Shown in pieces: positions 26,633 through 38,831 of a stretch of 64,000 nucleotides of DNA; the first letter of the stretch is position 1; the number at the start of each line of letters is the position of its first letter. The translations under genes and the position numbers were made by a program. Under the pieces are notes generated by a model. The model was given only the letters and a program-made list of their open reading frames with translations. It was not told where the DNA came from and ran no database searches. The stretch lies in assembly GCA_035221665.1 (NCBI GenBank), contig CM069155.1, positions 27,466,001 through 27,530,000 of the forward strand, written 5' to 3'. This DNA is from Okamejei kenojei (taxonomy: Eukaryota).

Positions 26633-27590
26633 GTAAGGAGAGCCCTGATTAGTACGGATGTCAGAGGCTATGGGGAGAAGGCAGGAGAATGGGGTAAGGA
26701 GCGAGGGATAGATCAGCCATCATTGAATGGTGGAGTAAACCTGATGGGCCGAATGGCCTAATTCTGCTCCTATCATATGATCTTAGGACCTGTGTGACCA
26801 CATCAGGACTGCAGCCTATGAAGTCATTCTAATGAGGAATCAGTGTGGTATAATAACCATGGCAACCAGTCTGCACATAGCAGGCTCTTACAAAACCAGA
26901 TTTTATTCTAATTGTTAACGTGGGTGGAACCAGGGAGAAGCAGGGGCGAATCCCATCTCTCCTATGTCCTCCCTTCAAGGTGCACACTAATTTCCATCAC
27001 CATCCCATCAATCTTCCCCCCCGCCCCTCCCCTGCCCCCTTCCACCTATATTCCTGCCTCTGACTTTACATTTCACTCAATTTTTTAACTTATTTCTTCG
27101 GGTTGTCTTTTCATCTCCAGCCTTTCTCCACCCATTTGCCAATCAACCTCCCCCACCCCCCCCCCCCCCCCCCCGCCCGTATCCACCTATCACTCGCCAG
27201 GCTTTGTCCTGTCCCCACCTCTTTGTCAGCTTCTTCCACCCTCTACAATCAGTCTGAAAAAGGGTGCCAACACAAAACGTCACCATCCATGCCCTTCAGA
27301 CATGCTTCCTGACCCACCGAGTCACTCCAGCACTTTGCACTTTACGCAAGATTTCAGCATCTGCAGTTCATTGTGTCTCCTCCTATTTTCTCCCATTTTT
27401 TTTGTTTGAGTCTGCTCTTGTTGTCCACGAGGCGAGTGACTCCTGGTGTAGAGTGGTTATTGGGTGTATGGAGAATGAGTGGAATGAATTTGTCGTGTGT
27501 TCCCGCTCCCTGAGCCAGAACATTGGCAGCGACCCACGGGTCCCACCCTGAGACTTAGTGAAAGCCTGACCGGCCCGTATCTCCCTACAG

Positions 27591-27786
27591 GACAAGCTGA
27601 TGGTGGGGACCCGTCTGAATAAGCAGCAGATCTGCAACTGGTTTGCAAATTACAGGCGGAAACTCAAGAAAGCCGCCAGCCAGCAAGAGCGTGTTGGAGA
27701 GTTAAATCAGAGCCCGGGATCTCCCCAACATTCGATGAGAAGTCCGCAGATCACTGTCGGGGGCAGCGGCTGGCCGCCTGTCTCAG
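27591..27786 (+). CDS. ANHX: ANHX-like exon, homeodomain helices 2-3
   Basis: ctacag|...|gtaact; DKLMVGTRLNKQQICNWFANYRRKLKK...; WFANYRR is the ANHX-type recognition helix; phase 0->1. Confidence 0.92.
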
Positions 27787-27949
27787 GTAACTCCGCAACT
27801 CTAACATTCCCTATCAATATGTTCTCTCTCCCGGTTCATTCTCCACTTCTGGCTTTTTCTCAGTTTATTTCCCACTGATCCCGATATTCTGTATCCTGGT
27901 TCTTGGCTGGTTTTCATTTGATTTGTCAATGCTAGGACTGTGTGCACCA

Positions 27950-28230
27950 GTTCTAACCCATCCCCTTCCATCAATGCCGCATTCCCAATCAGGAACTCTC
28001 CCCTGGTGGATTCCCCATTCCCGACCGCCCCCTCCCCTTGGTGGATTCCCCATTCCTAACCTTTCCTTACTCCTGTAGGATTCCCCATTCCCAGCCTGCC
28101 TTTCTCCTGGTGGATGAGCCATTCCCCAAATTCCCTCTCCCTTGGTAGATTTCCCATTCCACACCTTCTCACTCTGGTGGAATCCCATTCCCCACCTTCC
28201 TTGTCTGCTCTGAATTCTCCATTCCAACAA
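27950..28230. repeat. Diverged ~30-35-bp tandem repeat
   Basis: Repeated ggtggattccccattccc motif, ~7 copies. Confidence 0.7.
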
Positions 28231-28474
28231 TCCATACTAAACAAAACACAGAATGCTGGAGTAACTCAATGGGTTTGGCAGCATCTCTGGAAGACATGGA
28301 GAGCTGACATTTCAGTTTGGGACGATTCTTCAGATGAAGGGCCCTGACTTGAATCATCACCTTCTTCATGTATTCCAGAGATGCTGCCTGACCCACTGAC
28401 TTTGCATTTAAAAAAAAACTGCATCTGCTGTTCCTTGTGGCCACATGTTCCTTCTCAATTCCAATTCCCAACCT

Positions 28475-29115
28475 AGATTTAGGTATATTGTTGTCACATT
28501 ACCGAGATACAGTGAAAAGCTTTGCTTTGCACATTATCCAAGCATCTCAGATATACTATACCTAAAAAACAATTGTCAAAATCAAGTACAGCAAATAGGG
28601 TAATGGGGAAGAAACAGAGTGCAGAATATAGTTCTCTTCTTTTCGTGTCTATGTTGTTACAAATGTTACGTTCGTCCTGAAAAAGACGGAAGCTTCCGGC
28701 GACAACCAGTGGAAGCCATCACCTGCCACATTAGTTGATGGTGGTGGCAGAATTAGCTCAGGATACTTCCAGTTTCCAGCCCTGCAATGTGGACGCTTCG
28801 GCTGTGGGGCCAGGTTCTCATCGTTTAAGTGCACAGGTTCCATAGACAAAGTCCAATGTCCACACTCGTACAGTATACTAGTTCATGGAAGGACCATTCA
28901 GAAGTCAGATAACAGAGGAGAAGAAACTTATTCCTGAGTTTGGTGGTGCACGCTTTCAAGCTTCCGTACCTTCTGTCAGGCAGGAGCAGGAAGAAGGAAC
29001 GACTGGGGTGGGACCAGTCTTTGATTATGTTGACTGCTCTTCCGAGGCAGTGTAAAACATAGATGGGATCAATGATGGGAAGTCTGGTCTGTGTGATGGA
29101 CTGGGTCACCACTTG
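28475..29115 (-). mobile_element. Rex1/Babar LINE 3' fragment
   Basis: ORF 28825-29118 CLGRAVNIIKDWSHPSRSFFLLLPDRRYGSLKACTTKLRNKF; 3' tail shared with copies at ~4370-4740 and ~2010-2060. Confidence 0.75.
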
Positions 29116-32100
29116 CAACTGTGTGCAATTTTCCCTGCTTCCTTTAACCTCACCCAGCTCACACCCCCATATTCACGTTATCCTCACTGGGGGCCCTTTT
29201 CCCGCACTGTCTTTAACCTCTCCAGTTCCCATTCCCGCACAGCCTTTAACTTCTCCAGTTCCCATTCCCACGCTTGCTTTAACCTCACCGGAATCCTGTA
29301 CCCATGCTCCCTTTGACCTCACTGGGATCCTGTTCCGACACTTCCTTCAACCTGCATTAAAAAAATCAACTCAAAGTGGTGTGATTGACGAGTAAAATTC
29401 TATACTCCAGAAAACCTGGTGACACAAAAGGCTGGAATCTGGAGCAGAAAAACCCAAAGTGCTGGGGAAACTCAATGGGTCAGGCAGCATCTGCGGAGAG
29501 AAATGAACAGATGGCGTTTCAGGGTGGGAGCTTTCTTCAAGACTTCCATTCACCAGTCCCAACGTTATTGGATTGTGGGGGTTTTATGGTCTATATATTT
29601 CCCCACAAAGGGAGATCGGACTAAAACATAGTGTACCAGATGTAGTGTCACCAGGACTCCATGTAATTGGAGCAGATGTCTCTACTGAAACTCTTTTGCA
29701 CTGTTTGTAATTGCTAATTGGTTGCTATACCTCTCCGCATTCAACAAGGCTCTGAAAACAACTTTGAACCTTGAATTCCTATCTACAGCTTTGAATCTAA
29801 CCACACGCTGAATAAAAAATTCTTCCTCGAGTCACCACTGGTTCTTTGGCCAATGACTTTAAATCCGTCGCGTCTCACTATCGAGTCTTTTTTTCCTGCA
29901 TTTTGATTGTTTTAACAGCTCCATCCAATCTCACCCCTCCAATCTCTCTTCCAGGAAAACCACGTCCCTCACACTATTGTGCAGAGTCCCTGGCTACCTT
30001 GCCTGCCCATTCAGCTACCTGTTATACTCCTGCTCATTGAATCATCCACCTTGGTATTATTCACAAACTTGTCAGTGCTTCAGCGAGTTTAAAGGGAGCA
30101 TGGGCGCGGAGCTTCTGCAGGTTTGAATTAGTATGTGCTGTATGCAAGTCCATTTCACCTCCTTATCTGTTTGGGCATTCCCTTAATTTCCACTCCAGTT
30201 CTGTGGCTTCTGAAGTGACTGATGTGGGTCCCACAGACTCTGCCGCAGATAGGGTGGGTAGAGAGAGAGAGATGCAGCACGGAAACAGTCATCTTATACT
30301 AATCACATTTTTGTTATTCTCCTCACATTCTCATCAACTCCCCCGGAGTCAACCTACACACTTTACAGCAGCCAATTAACCTACCCACCCATGCCTCGTT
30401 TGGGACGTGCGCCATGCTGTCACGGGGAGAATACGCAAGCTACACACACAACACCTGAGGTCGTGATTGATCCCTAGTCTCTGGCACAGTGAGGGAGTGG
30501 CTCTACCAGCTGCCTGACCGTGCTGGACAGTTTGTAAGAAACCCTGTTCTTTTTGCTATTTATGCAGGGCTTTAGTGTGGTCAGGAATCAAGTTCTCATT
30601 GCCTTCGTGACAGCTGCTTATTCACCGTGAGTGGCTGAGGGCCAGAATTCGCCTGGGGTCACTGGCGATGATTGAACTTTTGCCCCATCTGCCCAGTAGT
30701 CTCTAACCACGATGAACGTCGGAACACAATTCTATCCGGTGTCCAACTTGGAAGCACCGTGGGCTGTAATGTGTAACTCTCTGAGCTGTGCTTTTTCAGA
30801 CTGGCAGGATCTGGGTCCCAGCCACTCTGCCTATGGGGTACCTTCCCCCCTCCATATCAGGCACGTCTAAGCTCCTTGCACAGGCTCGCTCAACTTTCTT
30901 GTTGAAGTGTAGTCACTGGGAAAAATCCAGATTATCCTTGGCACGTTCCCAGAACACAGCCAGTTAAATGATCTGTCATGCAGTGATAATGGCTGAGACA
31001 GGAATCTCGGGCAGCAGAGTTGTGCAGCAGGTAGTGCTGCTGACCTCAGGTTCCCGTCTTGTGTGTTAAGTTTGTACGTTCTCACTGTGGCCTCGTGGAC
31101 TTCTCCCACGTGCTCCAGGTTCCTGGTAGGTTCACTGGCCACTGTGAACTCAGTGCACTGAAATGGCAAAGGAATCAAAGAGGAATTAGTGGGCATGTGT
31201 GTGGGAGGGCAAGTGGGCAAGTGCCCCTGGACGCTGGCAGGCTTCAATCATGCAGAGGTGTCAGCCTGAATCGTGCCCAAGGCTGTGGGCTGTGCCAACG
31301 ATGTAATCCTGGCACTGAGCACAGCTGAAGTGGATGATTCCTATCAGCACTAGACTGCCCGCTCACTGCCCTGTTGGCTCATTTAGGAATAGGTCTGGGT
31401 TGTGTGGGAAGCTATGGACTGTTCTGCTTTGGCACCGTAAAGACTGGTGGCTTGTAAAAACGGTGTCTTAGCATCATATAGCACAGAAACAGACGCATTG
31501 GCCAAGCTTATAGATGCCAACCAAGATGTCCCATCTACACTGGTCCCACCTGCCCGCGTTTGGCCCATATCCCTCTAAACTTTTCCTGTGTGTTCAATAA
31601 AACCAGAGTATTTCTGTAAACTGTTATGCATAAGGCTCTGTTCTTTCCCCAGATAACTATACTGCCGAGCATTTTGAATGGATTAAAAGTGAACCACAAA
31701 CTAGTGTGATGGACTACACAGCTGCCACAAGACCAGGACTGTCCATCCCACAGTAAGCGACCCAAGCCTTTGTGAATAGCGTAGTGTCAGTGATTGAGTG
31801 GGGAAGACGGAGATACTGTGTCTATCCACAGCAGCAGGTGGTGGAGGCAACTATTTATTTCCTGTCGGGTGAGGGTCACCCTCTTTGGGGCCACCTTCCC
31901 CATGAACAGGCCATGTTGAATCACCTTGCTGCTAAATGCCAAGCCAGGTCTTCATTTCAGTTGAAGGGAGTGACTAGGGTGAGATTTGTATTCATTGGCC
32001 AGTTAGATAACATCTCAAGTTAAAATATTGGCTGCTTGAGAAGTCTTCTTTGGTTTTTTTTTCTCACTAAAGGTTGGGCATAAACCCCAACTTTGGACAG

Positions 32101-32687
32101 TTCCCCACTGATACCTCCGTCCAACAAGGCCCGACTCCATCCCGGTTGCTGCCTGTTATCCTTTCTCAGTGGCGCAGTTGGTAGAGCCACTGACTCTCTG
32201 CGCTGGAGACCCAGGTTCAATCCTGATCTCCGGCATGTTTTCTGGAAGCTCCGGTTTCATTCCAAAAACATGCGGGTTGTTGATTCATTGCCCGTTGTAT
32301 ATTGGCCCCTGCCCTGGAGTGTAGAAGAGTGGTAGAGTCTGGGGGGAGTTGGTGGGAATGCCGGGGAAAATGAAAATGTAGGATTGGCGTAAATGGTCAT
32401 CATGGATTCGACGGGCCAAAGGGCCTCTTTCCACACCATATCTCTCTGTGAATATATGACAGTGACCGGGACTGGGCACACGGAGCGTGAGAGAGAGATT
32501 GAGAGATGGTGGGAACTTGAACTGAATTTTCTGTAATCAGTCTGTGACCCGTAGTACCAGACCTGGCAAAATGTGTCTGTCTCAGTTTCAACATTTCTGA
32601 AATTGCTTCCTCTTTCTCACAGCCTCTTGGGGGGAGGTTTTTGGGTTTCTCTCCTTTGTGTGAAGCTTTCAGGTGAAGTGGGAGACT

Positions 32688-32817
32688 GGGGGGAGGGAAG
32701 GAGGGGGAGGGGAGGAGGGAAGGGAGGGGAGGAGGGAAGGGGAGGAGGGAAGGGGGGGAGGGGAGGGGGGGAGGGGGGGAGGGGAGGGGGGGAGGGGGCG
32801 AGGGAAGGGGGGGAGGA
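32688..32817 (+). repeat. Pure G/A-rich tract (GGGAGGG-type)
   Basis: ~130 nt of G-runs separated by A, with essentially no pyrimidines. Confidence 0.9.
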
Positions 32818-32917
32818 ATATTCTGTGTGTTGCTGCGACTGATGCGAGTGTCTTGTTTGATGACCAGGTGCTGTATCTCGGGACCACCCTCCCACCAGCT
32901 CTTCCTCCCTGATACAG

Positions 32918-33436
32918 ACCCTGCCACCTTGCTGAACGCAGCCTCGGGTTACTGGTGCCAGCCGGCGGAAGCATCCCACAGCCTCGCCCAGCCGCACCTG
33001 CCCCTCTGCCCCTGCATGTCGATGGCCTTGAAACTTGAACAGACCCCGCCGTTGATGGTGACCTCCCATTCGGCCTTTCCCCACAGACTCCTCGAGACGG
33101 CTCTCTGGTCCAGCGGGCAGTTTGAGAGTGCAGCAGGTCTCGAGCAGTTCTACCCAAGCCAAGATCTCCTCCGTCAAGGCAGCTGGAGTCCGTGCAACAG
33201 GGGCCATTTGTCACCGCCTGATGCCAGCCCCTTCCACCCGTTCAGTAACCTCTTCCTCACTAACGTACGGCAGTCGGACGTCAGAGCACTCCTGAGGGAG
33301 GAAATGGTTAATGGCAGCTATCTGCACATGATGTGCCCGGATATTGGCAATGCCAGCCAGATACTGCTGGACGGGAGCACTAAGGAGGATTCCAGCTGGC
33401 CAGGGCTCTTGCCCAGTAGTGCCAGCCATTACCAAG
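32918..33436 (+). CDS. ANHX: ANHX-like large Pro/Ser-rich exon
   Basis: Within ORF 32827-33555; pyrimidine tract + acag| at 32917/32918 (phase 1) and strong caag|gtaagg donor. An alternative acceptor at 32868 is possible. Confidence 0.7.
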
Positions 33437-33607
33437 GTAAGGACAGGTTAGATGTTGGTCTCATGGGCTCTTTGGTAAAGGTATTGTTTGATGCGAAGGT
33501 GAACAACCCCAGTCGATGCTGGACTATTGTCATCTCAGTCAGTAAAGCGCAGTAGGGGCTTCAACAGGTGAATCTCCACCCCACACTCACCAACCTTGCT
33601 CACACTT

Positions 33608-35084
33608 GTAGCAATGTTACAAAAATTTGAGATTTTAAAAATCAAGTCTGCAATTTATCCCATCAGATAAAGCATAAAAAGTTGAATTTAACACCTAAAT
33701 TCACTTTCATATCTTCAGTATTAAAAAAGTTATGGCCATTTTCATACTCAGAAATTAGCATCTTGTTCCCTATTGCTTTTGCATTGACTTAACACAAAAG
33801 CTGTGATCGAGGTCATTCAAAAGCCCATAACTTTGTTAAAAATTAAGATAACTGAAATTAATTTTCAGTTATTATAGATTGAAACATTCTGAAACAAATA
33901 TGAAACAATCTTACTTGGATGACCTGAAATTAAAGCATATAATTAGTTAGTTACCCAATTGTAGCTAATTACAAAATTAAATTACTAGATCTAAACATCT
34001 ATCCATTTCTTAAGAAAAATTAACATTTTTAAATAGCCCAATGTCCAAATAATTCACAATATAACATGATTTTTAAATCTCATTGTCATGAATTTATAGG
34101 CCAAATGGAAGGAATTTAGTGTTTAATTCCTGTAAATTAATGGCCATTTAAATCATCTTGCGAGCGGGATTTTGTGGAACGCAATCGTTTGGAACGTTGC
34201 GGTTGCGGTGAATTTAAACCCCATATCGGCAGGAAAAATACTGCCGGTTCGTATGGGGCCTAAATCACCTTTTCGCAACGTAAAATGTGGATTAAGGTAA
34301 TCCTAAGAAGCACGTGTCGGAACTGAACGAGGAGGAGGACACAAATGCAGGCTCAGACGTAGGGCAGATCTGTATTCAGAGTTTAATCGGTCCAAGTCGG
34401 TACACGGGTAAGCAAACACTGAAGCAACAGTAATCTAGGAGCAGGCAAAAACAGTGGTCGAAAAACAGGCCGTGGTCGAGCACACAAAGTCACAATATTT
34501 CTAGAGCTGGAACGAGGTGATACCAGGTAGCATACACAAGGAACTGGCAAAGAAACCTAAAACACAAAGGCTTAAATACAGACTTAACAGGGGATAACGA
34601 GACACAGGTGAAACACATCAGGGAGGGGTCAACAATCACAGGAAATGGCACCTGAAACAAGAGGGGATGTGAGGCACCAAAATAAAACAAGAATGCAACC
34701 TCAAATACTCAACACCAATAAGGAACAGAAACTAGATTAAACGCGAGACCTGACAGCACGTTTATATGTAAAATAAACGGCTTTCCTTTAGCTGTCCTGT
34801 ACCTGACACCCGTCCCCGTTGTCGGCGTTGACGGCATTAGAAGCGGCTTTTTATTTTACTCCAGCGCTGAAATTGTCCCTCGATTTAAAAAAAAATTCAC
34901 AGAACGGCTGTCGGAACAAATCTTCAGCATTTGCTCGCTCCCCGAGAAAATCTATCCAGGACAGGCGGTAGAAAACCGCATTTTAGCCCCGCCCCCCCCC
35001 CCCCCCTCAAAGGCACCAAAGTCGCGCACACGGCCAGTGGCAGAACTGCAGCGCCGCTGAAGGTACGTTTTGTAACATAACTAC
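33608..35084. mobile_element. Non-autonomous TIR DNA transposon, superfamily unassigned
   Basis: 17-bp TIRs GTAGCAATGTTACAAAA / reverse complement GTAGTTATGTTACAAAA (2 mismatches); 5-bp TSD CACTT at 33603-33607 and 35085-35089; AT-rich, no transposase ORF. Confidence 0.8.
34315..34755 (-). mobile_element. Solo LTR (probably Ty3/Gypsy), 441 bp, nested in the TIR element
   Basis: TGTC...GACA termini; 5-bp TSD GCACG at 34310-34314 and 34756-34760; minus-strand TATTTAA (~34572-34578) followed by ATTAAA (34382-34387). Confidence 0.85.
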
Positions 35085-36389
35085 CACTTGCCTCTTCTCT
35101 CTGCAGAACCTAATGCAATGGTAGCAGCACCACCATGATTGGTACAATTGAAACGTTTTAGAAACATCAGGACTAGAAGCATCTTCTCTGCCATTCAAGG
35201 GAATCGTGCTTGATCTTTTATCGCTGCACCACTTCCTTGCACTAACCCCATGTCCATCCATTCCCTTAATAAATAAACATCAATCCATCCCTTCCTTCCA
35301 CATCCCTCAGTGTAGAATATAATGTTACAGCTACAAAGTGCAGATAAAAGAAAGAGTGCATGGACTGCATGAGGTAGATTGAGGGATCGGGTCAAAAAAA
35401 AAAACGCAAGTACAAAATGTGCTGGAAATACTCAGCAGCTGAAGCGGCATCTGCGGTGGGAGAACAGTCCGTTTCAGGTCAGTCGCCTTTCCCCGGTCTT
35501 AATATGAAGGGATAAAGGAGCAAATCAGTGGACATTTGGCCAATACAGAAACATACAGCCCTGGAGGAGGAGACCGGCAGCGGTGTAAAGGCAAGTGGGG
35601 TCCAGGCAGATCAACATGGTGAGGGAGCAGATCAGCCATGAAGGCACGGAGAATGAGACGGACTGACCCTTGTCCCAAGCTCCAGTCTCTGCGGCAGGAA
35701 CCAACCAAAACAATGGCAGGAGGGGGCCCGTTCAGCCCCTCAAACCTGCTCTTCCTCTAAATGACCAGGAGCAGGAGCCTTGGTTATCACCATCAGCAGT
35801 GTGTCTGCCCTCTGTGACATTGACAATAGACAATAGGTGCAGGAGTAGGCCATTTGGCCCTTCGAGCCAGCACTGCCGATAAGCGGAGCTAAACCTTCGG
35901 AGCTAAACATCAGAGCTAAATCTTCCTCCTCTCTCCACTGATGGAGCAGAATGGTTGGAACCTCCTGGTAGTAACTAGTGATCTCTGGCACCATAGCACC
36001 TCATCCACATTGTTGGAAATATCATTATTAATTGTACTCCCACCTCTATCCTGAGCATCCTCAGCCCTCGGAAACTTTGATTCCTGGTATACTTTTGTGA
36101 GGGTGACAATTGTTCTGTGTGTTTGGTCCATCAGCTCCTTTACTCGATGGAAGATTCCTTGCACCTGGAGGGTTTGGTGGTCCTGAAGAGAGTGAGGCAG
36201 GGTCTGGGGGGATGCCGCTCTGTGTAGATGGAGATGGACCCAGGAGCTACAGAGGAGGTAGAGTGTGAGAATGTTTGTGTTCCCGGTTTACCTTTCAACC
36301 GGGATTTCCACGTCAACATAGAACACGATGACTGTAACAGCCCTTTGGTATTGATGGAAGATCCGAAGTCGATTAGTTGCGTTCATTGG

Positions 36390-36970
36390 TCATACAGTCA
36401 TACCACATGGAAACAGGCCCTTTGGCCCACTTTGCCAGGCCTATCAAGATGGCCATCTACCCCATCTACACTAGTCCCACCTCCCCGCCGCGCCTGGCCC
36501 ATATCCCTTTAAACTTTTCTTATCCATGGTACCCTGCCTGTTCAGGCACTGAGCCTCATGGATCATGTTTTTCCCACTAGTTTTAGACTCCCCTGCCATA
36601 GGAAAAGACTGTGGGTATTCACCTTATCTGTACCCTTCATGACTTTATAAACCTTTATAAAGACACCCCTCAGCCTCCTACGCTCCAGGGGGAAAAGACC
36701 CAGCCTAGCCAACCTCTTCTTATAACTCCAGATCCAGAAACCTCCTCGTAATTTTGTTTCTACACCCTTTCGAATTTCATGACATCCTTCCTATAGTAGG
36801 GCAACCAGAACTGTACACGGAGCGTCAAATGTGGCCTTACCTACATCGTGTACATCTGCAACTTGTCCCAACTCCTGTACTCAATGCACTGACCAACAAA
36901 GGCAAGCATCCATATACAGCTTCTTCACCTCCTTATCTACCTGCGTCACTACTTTCATGGAATTATGTAC
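36390..36970 (-). mobile_element. CR1 LINE 3' fragment
   Basis: CR1 tail (acaggccctttggccc...ttggcccatatccc) and decayed ORF2; similar pieces at 46030-46360, 46670-46900 and 52720-52915. Confidence 0.7.
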
Positions 36971-37267
36971 CTCACAGAAATTGATGTGTGATGCAAAGCC
37001 AGGCCTTTGCAGTGGAAGTGATGTCCCCACGTCCGTCACTGCTTAGACTCCTCAGAGCTGAGCTCGCCTGTAGCTCCCCACCAGGGATGACGTCGTAGTA
37101 AGCTCAGACTGTGGAGAGCATCGGAGCTAAACCTTTCTCCTCTCACCCTGATGGACTCTCAATGCAAAAGCCATCAGATTCAGGCTGATGACCTCACTCC
37201 CAACGATGAATGAGCTTTTCTAGTTCGGGGGTCCCGAGGCTAATTATGTTTTCATATATTTTTCCAC

Positions 37268-37575
37268 GGGCAGTCTCGGTGGTTCAGCGGTAGAGTTGCT
37301 GCCTTACAGAGAATGCAGCGCCGGACACCCGGGTTCGATCCCGATTACGGGTGCTGTCTGTACGGAGTTTGTACGCTCTCCCCGTGACCTGCGTGGGTTT
37401 TCTCCTAGATCTTCGGTTTCCTCCCACATTCCAAAGACGTACAGGTTTGTAGGTTAATTGACCTTGGTAAATGTAAAAATTGTCCCTGGTGAGTGTAGGA
37501 TAGTGTTAATGTGTGGGGATCGCTGGTCGGCGGGCTGAAGGGCCTGTTTCCATGCTGTATCTCTAAACTGAAAAT
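37268..37575 (+). mobile_element. V-SINE/HE1-like SINE with intact Pol III boxes
   Basis: A-box-like ggtggttcagcgg, B-box GTTCGATCC 37333-37341, V-core and CR1-like tail; siblings at 45281-45580 and 61480-61750. Confidence 0.85.
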
Positions 37576-37776
37576 AAATATGAGCTGAGCTAAGACCTGT
37601 TAAATCAATGCAGGGTGAGAATAGAAACCTGCTCTCTGCTGTCAATGGTTCAATGCAACTTTCACCAAATAATGCAGAAACAGCTTTTACTGGCTGGTAT
37701 TTGATGAGCAACGAACAAAACACAAGGGCCAGAGGGTTTATTGTACTGGGCTGTGCAGTGGTTTATTTTTCTACAG

Positions 37777-37942
37777 GGTATGCCATGGATGTGGTAGTTA
37801 ACTCTGGTCATTGGATGACTGATTGCCCTAATGTAACACTTCACGCAGGTTTAAATCAGCCATCACAAGCAACCCTTGGAGAATGCTCTGAAGACTGCAG
37901 TCCACAAAGCAACGTTGATGGTGTGAAGATAGATTGCAAGAG
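37777..37942 (+). CDS. ANHX: ANHX-like exon
   Basis: ttttctacag|...ag|gtaaga; GYAMDVVVNSGHWMTDCPNVTLHAGLNQPSQATLGECSEDCSPQSNVDGVKIDCKR; phase 1->2, compatible with neighbours. Confidence 0.6.
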
Positions 37943-38776
37943 GTAAGATGAGGTTGTGGACAAAGGAAGGCATGGAGCTTCTTTGAATTTGTTTTTCCTG
38001 TGGATTACTTTATCGAAGTGAAAAATCTGATTTTAATTAATATTTTTCATTCTCAAAAAATACTTTTTTAATACAAGTAGAGATGAAGTCATTAGGTCGA
38101 TCTTCACTCACCATTATCCATCACTGAAACTTGCCCCCTCCAGTCTGCTCTGCCATTCAGTGAGATCACTTTCTTGTTCCCCACAACAGGGTGGTACTGA
38201 ACCTAATCTTCGGTCTTGAAGAAGGTCTTGGGAGACGGGGGCAGGGATCTGTGCTGGTGCCTTGGAAAGACACTGTGGCTTGGAAGCTGTGAATCAATGT
38301 GACCTGAACCTTTCGGGTGGGAGCAGTCCAGGAACAAGGCAGCCAACACAGATATCAGCCAACACAGATATATCTCTCTGCTGCTCAGGTGCTGGTTGAA
38401 TTGTTTTGTGTTTAAATGACACTCGTTAAGGAGTCAGCCTTCTTCCTGTAATTGGCAGAAGTTTCTTCACATTGTACAGCTCATCTCCTTCCTATTCACC
38501 CTGTATATTCATCTAACAAAAGCGACACATCAGGTGGCGTTGCTGAGCTCTGTCCCAGTGAGGCTGGCTGACGCCACTCATTCATTCACCCATCTTCAGC
38601 ATTTTTATTCCATCACAATCTTCATAAACTCTCTCTTGTCTGTTTCCATCCAGACTTCTGGTGTTGAAAGTACCGAGCCAGTTCAGCACACTGTCATCTT
38701 GCTCCCGTTTTATGGAGAGTGGGTGGAATTTCAGGGGGCAGTAACTATTTGACTTGTTTTTCTCTTGTGTGTGCAG

Positions 38777-38831
38777 GCTGACGTACGTAAAGGTTGAGAC
38801 GGAAGTGTGGTGCCTTCCCCAACACAGCCAG
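38777..38831 (+). CDS. ANHX: ANHX-like short exon
   Basis: gtgcag|...cag|gtccgt; LTYVKVETEVWCLPQHSQ; phase 2->0, exactly bridges the flanking exons. Confidence 0.5.

Noticed and set aside
32400-33214. Long minus-strand ORFs (175-196 aa) with poly-Pro
   Set aside because: Antisense shadow of the G/A tract and of the ANHX-like exon.
36228-36512. 94-aa ORF after a tgtag| acceptor as an ANHX exon
   Set aside because: Wrong phase (0) for the phase-1 chain, no good donor, and it runs into a CR1 tail.
37268-37345. tRNA gene (A and B boxes)
   Set aside because: It is the tRNA-derived head of a SINE, continuing into the V-core and LINE-like tail; no cloverleaf.
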